Under the pieces are notes generated by a model. The model was given only the letters and a program-made list of their open reading frames with translations. It searched no databases and had not been told where the DNA came from. 64,000 nucleotides of DNA from contig JBBPEB010000007.1 of the NCBI GenBank assembly GCA_039096225.1, positions 434,001-498,000 of the forward strand. Reading direction: 5' to 3'. Source of the stretch: Blastocystis sp. Blastoise (taxonomy: Eukaryota; Protista; Bigyra: Opalinata). The translations under genes and the position numbers were made by a program. The number at the start of each line of letters is the position of its first letter. Position 1 is the first letter of the stretch. Shown piece after piece: positions 53,401 to 64,000 of the stretch.

Positions 53401-54029
53401 GAGTTGTTTTACTGATAGTCTTTCTAGAAATACTTTAAATACATTACCTTTTATTCATAATGTTTCTCCTCAATTATTAACATTATTAAAACAAAATAAT
53501 GATAATGAAAATGAAGTTAATGTTAATGATTTATATGATATATTTGAAAAATCATTTATTGATAAAATATGGCCATTATTTAATAATAAAAAATCTACTA
53601 TAAAATTTTATCCTGTAAAAACTATATTAATAATAGGTATTATTATACAATTAGGTAATGAATATAATATACCAACAATATTAGAAGGTGCTCCAGGTAT
53701 AGGTAAATCAGCTTTTGCTATTGAATATTATAAATATAAACAAATACCTTTAGAACGATTTAATTTTGCACCTAATATGACTATACAAGATTTATTTGGT
53801 AGTTATACTATTAATCAATTTAAAGAATTAGATTTTATACCTGGTAAATTAACAACATTTTTAATGTCTGATTCTACTAAACAACATGTATTATTATTAG
53901 ATGAAATTAATTTAGCACCTGTAGATGTATTAGAAGTTATTACTTCTCTTATTGAATATAGTAAAAATACAAATTTAGATTATTATTTAAATAATATTAA
54001 AAAAGATGATGATAATGATGATGATGATG

Positions 54030-54072
<43 letters not shown>

Positions 54073-57000
54073 GAATGATAATAATAATAATAATAATAAT
54101 CAATATAAAAATATATATAAAAATAATAATAAACAAAATAATAATAATTCAGAATATAAATCAACTATGGTTTCTTTACGTAATTATTTCTATATACCTG
54201 GTTTTAAAAAGATATGTTTACCTCCAATGACAATTATATGTACATTAAATCCTGCTATTATGTCTTCTCAACGTAATTCTTTACCTAATTCATTAATACA
54301 GAAATGCTTATTATTTAAAGATATAAGTTATTCTATATCAGAATTAATTTATATTAGTCAACGTATTATTGAAAATGTTGCGAATACATTAGAATCTACA
54401 AAAGATCTATATGAAAAGAATAAAAATAAGAATAATATAAATAATGTTACTATTATTCAATCCAATGAATTTATTAATATTCTTAAAGAATTATTTAAAG
54501 CAAATTTAGAACTTTCTAAAGAATATCGTACACCTTTTTCATTAAGAGATATTCTGAAAGTATCTGAATTAATCTTAAAAGGAAATTTAAATATATATGC
54601 TGCTTTTTGGATTGTATTTGGTTGTAAATATTATGAAAAAGGCTATAAAAGAATTAATTCTATCTTAAAATTAAATTCAATAGATAATATATCTATTCAA
54701 ATCAATTCAAATTTATTAGTCTTTCATGGCCCATGGTCAATTACATTTGATGTCGAAAATAAAGAAAAAGATCCTTTATTATTATCTTCTGAATTATTAT
54801 TATGTTATAAATTAGCATTATCTTATGAGAGTAAACGTACTATTATTTTATATGGTCCTTCACCTTCAGGTAAATCGTATACTATACAAAGATATGCAGA
54901 ATTAATGAAAAAGAAATTAATTCGTATACCATTACATTCTGAATCTTCTTCTTCTACATTATTAGGTGAATTAGAATTATTAGAAGATAATGGTAAACCT
55001 ATATTAAGATTTAGAAATGGACCTTTACCAGATGCTATGGAAAATGGGTATTGGATATTAATTGAAGATATTCATTTAGCTAGTGGTGAATTATTAGAAA
55101 GATTTAATAGTTTATGTGAAGAAAATCCTACTTTTAAATTATTAGAATCAGATGTAGAATGTACTTATGTTAGTAATTTATCGAAAAAGTATTTTATAAA
55201 TGATTTAATAACAAATAAACAAATCGTAAATCCAAAATATGGTAAAAAATTAATACATCCAGAATTTCGATTATTTTTTACATTATCTACGAATAATATA
55301 ACTGTTATTCCTCCACCTTTATTATCTCGTTGTATTATTATTGCTACAGAATCATTATCAAATCAACAATCTATTCAAGAATTATGTTTATTAAAACATA
55401 ATAGTTTTAAACCTGAAAATTTTGGTGAAAAAGAATGTACAAATTTCCGTAAAGCTTTGAATGTAATTGATACAAATGATAAAGAACAATTTAAATTAGT
55501 ATATGATCATGAAATAAATTCGAAGAATAAAGTTATAGTAAGTCTTAATAAATTTAGTAAAAAAGATGACGATTATTCTACATTTTTAACATTATTACAA
55601 TCAAATAAACCAGATATAAATGCATTAAGAGAATGTATTAAGAAGATTATTAAATATTCAATTGATACATTTACGGATCAAGATTATGAATTAATTGATA
55701 AATGTATTTATAGAAATAGAGATAATTTTATTGTATATCCTTTATTTTTAATAAAGAAAACTTTAGAAGAACAGAAAGGAGTGAATATACCTATTTATCG
55801 TCAGAATAATCCATATTATAAACGATTTAAACATTGGTTACAGTTATCTGATTATAATATACCTTTAAAGAATGAATATAAACAAAATTTTAATTATATG
55901 CATCCATTATTATTATCAACAAATAAAAATATTGAATTTAGTAATATATTTGAAATTGAAAAGCCAAATATAAATAGTTTCTTTTATTATTATTTAAAAG
56001 ATGAAATGGATGTATTTTATAATCAAAATACTATAAGAGAACATAAAGTTATATATCAATATATTGAAGAGATTATAGAAAAAGAAAATATTATAGATAC
56101 AAAAAAATATAGTAGTATTATTGGTTGTGTTAGTAGTTTATGTTCTATATATTATAAATATTCTAAACTTAAGAAAGATATTGATGATGCTACTAACAAT
56201 AAGCATAATGAAAAATGTTTTTCTTTATTAGAAGAAATTAATAATTATATTCGAGATATACCAAGAATTAAAAAGGTTTTAGATGAAAATCATATATATC
56301 CAAAAGAATTAACTACATATATTACTGAAATACGTGAAAGTAAAGATAGTTTAGATATGTATTATGATAAAGATACAGATAGTAATACAAAATCAAACCG
56401 AAATAAGTTATTATTAACACGATATAAAAGTAAATTGAAAGATTTTGATCAAGGTGTATCGAGTGGTTTAGACAACATAGAAAAATCAATTAATATAAAG
56501 AATTATTTACCATTTTTTGAAAAACTAAAATCATTCCAAGATAAACTTGATTATAATACGATTAATAATAAAGAATTAAAATTATACTTACAATGTAGTC
56601 ATTTTATAGTATTTTATGAATGGCTAGATAGTCAGAAATTGAATGTAGTTTCATCATTTTATCAATTTTATGATATGTTTAAATCAATTCAATTAAATTC
56701 AGAACAATTATTTATATCTATTGGTGATTTTAAAAATTATTATCCTTATTTAAAACAATATATTAATTATTATATGTCATTATTATGTTCTTATATTACT
56801 ATAGATGATACTATATTAAAACTAATAAAGGGAAGTGATTTATATATACATCAATCTAATGTTAAAGAAGAAGAGTTAATAAAATGTTTATCATTTTTAG
56901 GTAAGCATGATTGTTTATCTATAGAAAATAATAAACGAATTAAATCTTTAAAATCAACAACGAATAAAGAAACAATAAAATCAAATTATAATTTTATTAT

Positions 57001-60000
57001 TAAAAAACAATTTCTAGATACAAGTCCTGTGCCTTTTATAGATATATATAAATCTAAATTATTACAATTAAAAGAATTAATTATTCAAGAAGGAAGTTTA
57101 GATAGTAATTTATTATTATCCTCAGGTAATTATACTTCTGAATATAATACTATAGAAGATATTGAAGAAGGTAAAATATATAATAAAAGAAATTTTGAAT
57201 ATGAACATCAATATAGACATTCTTCTCCTTATAATGAACTTAATGAATTCATTATTAGTACAAATATTAATAATAAAGATAAATTATATTTAATATGTCC
57301 TTATAAGAGAATAAATGCTTATCAAGTTGTTTATTCAATTATAGAAGAATTATTTAAAAATAAAGAGAAAAAGAATTTATTAATAGAAAAATGTAAAGAG
57401 TTGAATGATTTTGATTCGATTATAGAAGATATTGATAATATATATGAAGAAGATTATATAGATAAAAAAGAAAGTAATGAAAATAAACAAATAGCGAATA
57501 AAGACAAGATTCAAAAACTAGAAGAAAATGAGAATAGAATTATTAAAGAATTGAATGATTGTGTTGATACTATTGAAGGAAAAATGGTTGAAAGAGTAAA
57601 AAGTGATGAAGAAGCTAAGAAATATACTCAATCTTTAGAGAATCATAATTCAGTTTTGTTTTTAAATACTTTATTATTTCATAAAGCATTTAATAACACA
57701 ATTAGTACAATAAAATCTTTGGATAATAAATGTATTTCATTTGAAATGATCAAATTTAGTATATACAAGATTCTAGAACATTCTGAAAGGAATTCTTTTA
57801 GATCCGAGAAAAATAATTCCTTTTCTTTTCAAATTGTATATATAACTGTAAGTAAAGAAATAGAATCTAAAAATGATAGTATTCAAGTAACATTGAAGAC
57901 TAAATATAATCATTATCAATCATTATCTTTAAGTTATTCACCTATAGAATTAAAACCAAATAAAATTAATGATGTATTAAATGTTATGGATGAAAAGAAA
58001 GATAATTTTGAATTATCTATTCCTTATATATATAAAAAGAATATGAAGAATTCTGTATATATATTTGTATTACCTTTTTCGACATTTCCAATGAGTGTAG
58101 AAACTAATGTCGAAACTAATATTTCATATTATTATTATTCATATATTATTAATAAAAATGTGCAATCCTTAACAGATAATTTTAAAGATGTTGAAGAAGG
58201 TAATAATAATAATAATAATAATAAACATAAAAAAGGAAAGAAGGCTAATAATAATAAGAAAAAACAAAAACAACAAAAAAACATGATTATTAATGGATTT
58301 GATGAAAGAATTGCTTATGTATTATTATTATTATTAAAAAACTTTTGTATTACTTATACTATTCATTATAAAGTTGAATTTCCTAAGCCATCAATTGATT
58401 TATTGAATCAGTTTTTTGAAAATCAATCTCGTAATTTATCAGTAGATTCTCTTTCTAAACCAAAAAATAAATTTATTTATTTCTTTAAGAAGCCTATAAA
58501 TGATAGTGATTTATCATTATTAATGTTTGAAGCTTATGAAGATAAACAAAATGAAAATTATGGATATATTACTTTTAATTATCAAATATTATATACTATT
58601 TATCAACAAGAACATCCGATCAATAATCAATTAGATGAAGAAGAAAAGGATCAGAATCTTTTATATAAGAATTATCCTTCTTTATTATTAAAAGAAATTA
58701 CTATTATTAATAGTATTTATACAATACAAGTAGATAATAGTTTAAAGAAACCATTACAATTATCAGATTTGATTATTATTACAGATAAATCGGATAATTT
58801 ACCCTATAAACAATATAAATGTAAAGAAAATCAATCTATAAATAAAGAAGATGAACATTATAAAGAATTACAAAAAGATTTTGAAAAGAATAAGAAAGAA
58901 AAAGAAGATTTATTAGAATATAAACAAAGATTAGAGAAAGAAGAAATAGAATTAGTAGAACCAAAACATTTAAGTGTGAATATATTTATTCCTCCAATAA
59001 AAACTATGAAACGTATTTCTGATTCTATTCAATTTACTTTAAAAGATTGTATAGTTATATTAGGAAATAATAATGAAGAGATTTTATTCCCTAAAGATGA
59101 TATATATCATTTACCTGTATTTTTATTAAATTATCATAAACCTAGTATATCTATACCTATAATGAATCCAAAATCATTATCATTATCATTTAAAAGTGAT
59201 GATTGTATTGTAGAATATAAAGAAAATCAATTATATATTACTTATGAAGACAATGCTTTTCATAAAATACGATTAATGCAATCCGCTATTCATATAACTG
59301 TAGAAGAATCATATACAAAAACATTTTTTGTTACATTTTCATTTTCTGATGATGATAAGATTGTTTTTGTTGATAAAGAATGTAGTTGTTTTAGTAATAT
59401 AATAACTGTATCTCCTCAAGAACGTGAAGTTCATTATACATATAAAAATAAAACAGGAGAAATTAAAAATCAATCTTATAATAAAAAGAATAGTAAACCT
59501 CAAAAATATAAATTATTTGATGAATATTATGTTTCTTTTGAAGATACGGAACAGAATTGTAAATATTTTAAAATTAAAAATGGTGAATTTACTCCTTATA
59601 TGAATAGAAAAGATTGTATTAATTATTTATCAATTCCTCCTTCTATAATAAATCAAGTAGATACATTTATAAATAATATTGAATCACATAATATTAATTT
59701 CTATATAGAAGCCTTACAAAGTTTACCTTATCTTTTATGTATACAGAATAATCAAGAGAATTATGTTATATATTATTCTATATATAATTATTTAAAACAA
59801 TCATGTGATAAAAATCTTTATTTACCTTATATAAAGGATATTATTAATACTATAAATACATTATTAACACAGAAAAAGTTATTATCATGGACAGATGCAG
59901 ATTCTATAATACAAGCAAATAAAGAAGATAAAAAGAAACACAAACAAGAAGTTCAACAAATAAAAGAAAAAGAAAAAGAAAAAGAAAAAAAGATTGAAGA

Positions 60001-60191
60001 AAATAAGAAAAAACAAGAATTAAAAGCTAGTTTATTTGTCACTACTTCTACTTATATATCTCCTCAACAAAAAGGAAAAGGACAAACAAAGAATATATTA
60101 AAGAAAGATTTAACAAGTGAATTAAAGAATACTATTAATTTATTTACACCAAAACCTGTTTTGGATGCTTCTTATAATGATATTGATATAG

Positions 60192-60249
<58 letters not shown>

Positions 60250-63200
60250 ATCAATATTAACAGAAGAAGAACTTAAAGAAAAGAAACTTAAAAAGCAAAA
60301 GGAAATAGAATCTATACATGATAATTTACGTTCTATTCAAAGTAATATTGTTGTGGATATGTTTAAGAAATTATCATTAAATAAATATTTTGAAGAATAT
60401 ATATTAAAACGTTGTGATACAGAAGAATGTATAAAACCGAAAAGAATAGAAAAATCAACAATAATTAATATATCAATTGAAAATGATAATGATAATAATG
60501 AAGAGAAATTAAATAATCTTTCATCTAATGAATATGATTCTATATATAAATCAATATTACCTTCATTTATTCATCTTTATGATATAGTTTATTCTTCGAA
60601 ATATATTCAATATGAATCAATACAACATTTATCAATTATTATAGATACAAATCTTTCATTTAAGAAACAAAAATCCAGATTACGTACAATTGAAGCTATC
60701 CTATTGGTTCTTCTTTGTGAAGAATGTCATATTGGTTGTTCTATTTATTGTACAGGTTCAAGAAGTCAAATATTCTTATTAGCTGTTGAAAAAGAATCAA
60801 TTGAAAGTAAAATAACTAAATTGTTTGATTTAGAAAGTATTTCAAAAACACCATCTACTCCTTTAGATTTCTTTGAATATAAGACTATTATTAAAGATGA
60901 TCCTACTAAAAAATATATATTAATAACAGATGCTTTTTCTGAACAATTAATGTCTACAAATACTATTATTAAGGAATATATACAGAAATTATTACCTTAT
61001 TTATATATTATTCATATTATTGGAACACAAGAAGATGAAAAACTTTCTGATAAGAATCAACAATTTATGAATAATCAATTACAATTATTATATAAGAATA
61101 ATCTATATAGTGTACAATCCTATTTAGAGATTAAATCCTATAAGTATCCTGATTCATTTATTCATTTCTTTTTTACTGATAAACTTATTCAATTAAAATA
61201 TTCACAAAAAGTTAGTAAAGATAATAATAATACTATAAAATCAATACCTCTATATAATAATTCACAAATACCTATAGAAGATTATACTATATTAAAATAT
61301 GATCATCAAGGAATAAAACCATTTATTTTACCAGATATTCGTGAAGATCGTTTATTATATATTCCTGAAGTGAATAATGAAGAATTATATACTTATTTAA
61401 ACAGTAAAATACCTGGAGATCTATTTTTTAATGTATTTAATAATACTATATTACAACCCAATAAACCTACTTCATGGGTAGCTTCTACTACAGGTACTAC
61501 TTTACATAATAGTAATTATTTCCGATTTGTATTAACAGGAACAGGTGATGGTAAAATATTTAAAAAGAAAACAGGAAATAAAATAAGAAGTTATTGTGTT
61601 TCTATAGTAATTGATTGCAGTTATTCTGCATTTAATACTATTAATAAATCACATAGTTATAGTACTATATTATTTTTATTAAGAGGTATTAGTGAAATGT
61701 CTATTCCTTGTATTGATATATGGGTTATTAATGATTCTATTCATCAAATAGCTACTGGAATTAATTCGGATCAATTATGGACTGAATCTATCTTATCTAC
61801 ACTTATTTCTTCTTTAGAAAAACCATCTAGAAATACTATTTTATCTCAAGGATTATTAATTGCTTGCTCTACATTAAAAGCAAGATCAGAAAATAGTTTA
61901 TTATTTGTATTCACTAATGGAACAACTATAAAAGGTGAACAAGAATATATTAATTCTATTTTAACTAGAAATGATATTCTTTGTTATACAATAGGACTTG
62001 GTTATTTATTATATAATTATAAAAATATATATCCAACATTTATTTGGTCTGCTAATCCTCATTTATTAAGAGATATTTTTATGAATATTAATATATCTTC
62101 AAATACTATTCGTCCTACTATTGAATGTAAATCATTCTCTATATTTAATCAACTTTCCAATACTATAGAATTATCAGAACAATCTTATGAACCTCATAAT
62201 GAAAATATTATTAAACAAATTAATAATCATGAAGGTATATATGAACAATTAGCTGGTGTTTTTAATATACAATCGATAGAAGAAGGTAATAATAATGATA
62301 ATAAGAATCAATTTGAAGGACAAGAAATGAATACTGATTTTGATTTATGTAGAGATGGATCGTTTAAAGGATTTAAAGTATTATTTGTTATATTATATTT
62401 ATGTAGAAATGAAAGAGATGATCAAGGTCATATTATTGATCCTAAAATTACAAGAGATATATTAATAGAAGGAGATGTAGAGAAAGATTATCGTATGTCA
62501 CCCTGTATTAAATTAGAACAAAAAGGATTTAAAGTTGATATTGTATATGATTATGAAACTGCTTCTCGTTATTTAGAAACAGGTAAATATCGTGTTTGTT
62601 GTATTACATGTAGTCCTGGAGATAAAGTATTACCTGAAAATGATAATAAGATTTATAGTCATATATCCAATAGTTATGGTAGATATGAACAAAATGCAAA
62701 TGGAAAACGTATCAATAATGATTATAAGTTTTTATCATTATTTTTAAATACATTACATCATTTTAATAATTGTGGAGGAGGTATAATGTGGATGTTAGAG
62801 AATTATCCATATACATTTGAAGCAGATATGTATTTTAAATCTTTTGAAGATATTCCACAATTAGTAGATCCAAGAAAAGCTATTCCTGGTGGTAATAATA
62901 TAGTTAGAGATAAAAGTGGTATTAAGAATAATGCTACTGAACCAGGTACATATATACAAGTAGGTGGTGATGTAATAAGAAATAGTACTCAAGCAGTTAT
63001 TCAATTAGATGTCGGATTAACTACTATTTATGAAGGTAAAACATTAGCTGCTATGAGTGAAAGTGCATTAATTAATAGAGGATTCTTTGTTTTTGCACGT
63101 GATCATGAAGGAAATCCTTCTATAATGATTCGTGAAGATTCAAATCGTCATAGTAATAATAATGATGGTACTCATAAAGGTAGAGTTATTATTGATAGCG

Positions 63201-64000
63201 CTGCTTCTAAATTATTCTTAGAATTCGATACTATAGGTACATGTCGTTGGATATCCAATAGTTTTGCTTGGTTAGAAAATGTTGAAGAATATATACTTGC
63301 AGGTGCATCTGTTTTACCTAAAACACTCGATATGAATAGAAATATTCGAGAAGTAACTACAGATATTCCTTATGAAGAACGAAGATCTTCAAAATCAGCT
63401 AATTTTGTATTAAGTATAATTGTTGATTGTACAGGATCTATGCAAGGAGAAATTGATGGTGTTAAATATAATATTGTTCGTGCTATAGAACAAGTTGAAG
63501 ACTATAAAAAGAAACATGCTTTATCTTCATGTGAAATATTAATGCAATTTATGGGTTATCGTGAAATAGAAGCACTACATCATAATCATCCAGATCGTTT
63601 CTTCTCTGAAATTAAAAATAATAGTTTTGACATTCAGAATTATTTATATAGTGTTCAAGCTGGTGGTGGTTCATGTTGTTGTGATTTAGAAGGTGGATTA
63701 GAAGATGCTGTTGATAAAGTTATTAATAAATATCCTTCTCCTGAATATGTCCATGCTTTTATTATTATTGGTGATCAACCCTATCATGGAGAACAATATG
63801 GATGTAGATATTCTAATCATCATCCAGTGACTGGTCAGTCTTATGATCATGTATGGAGAAATGTGAGTAATAAATTAAAACAACTTGATGCTTATGTATA
63901 TTTTATTCCTGCAAGAAATGAAGAAATGTTACCATCATATGAAATATTGCGAAAAGCTTATGATCCTACACATGTGTTCAAAACAAAAATGTCAAGAGAT
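45192..64000 (+). CDS. Giant divergent midasin-like protein: UBL-UBL, N/M-rich region, 6 x AAA+, linker, VWA, MIDAS-VWA, GATase-like domain, VWA (3' partial)
   Basis: 12 GT-AG introns between 45288 and 48776, then one frame open from 48777 to the window end (missing from the ORF track because it has no stop). Walker A: GTTSSAKT (~49313), GLSESGKT (~51422), GAPGIGKS (~53687), GPSPSGKS (~54854); midasin motifs EDLIG, LLLDEINLA, ERLNSLLE, IHPNFRIIAT; MIDAS VIDCSYS. Confidence 0.88.
45842..47130 (+). repeat. (ATGAAT)n/(AAT)n low-complexity coding region, Asn/Met-rich
   Basis: MNMNNMN and NNMNIP repeats in frame. Confidence 0.9.

Overview
Very AT-rich (roughly 20% GC), intron-rich eukaryotic DNA using the standard code, with compact intergenic spacers. 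The gene content, AT-AC introns and bacterial-type DeoC fit an anaerobic gut protist such as a Blastocystis/Opalinata-like stramenopile (inference). I spliced 13 genes by hand: a myristoylated C2-like protein (partial), a giant HERC-type HECT E3 ligase, GEX1/Brambleberry, HSP20, a PX-BAR sorting nexin, a small PX protein, APE2, RPL23, DeoC, REV7, RPC9, RWDD1, and a giant gene absent from the ORF track (45192 to >64000). That gene encodes 2 x ubiquitin-like domains, an N/M-rich region, six midasin-type AAA+ modules, a long linker, VWA, a midasin-type MIDAS VWA, a GATase-like domain and a VwkA-type VWA, with one uninterrupted exon of >15 kb. Other highlights: four U12-type introns with AT-AC, AT-AT and AT-AA ends; three major-type introns with non-canonical splice sites (possibly polishing artefacts); a frameshift in the (AAT)n tract of APE2; and a strong intergenic hairpin. 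Domain calls are by motif recognition, not database search.
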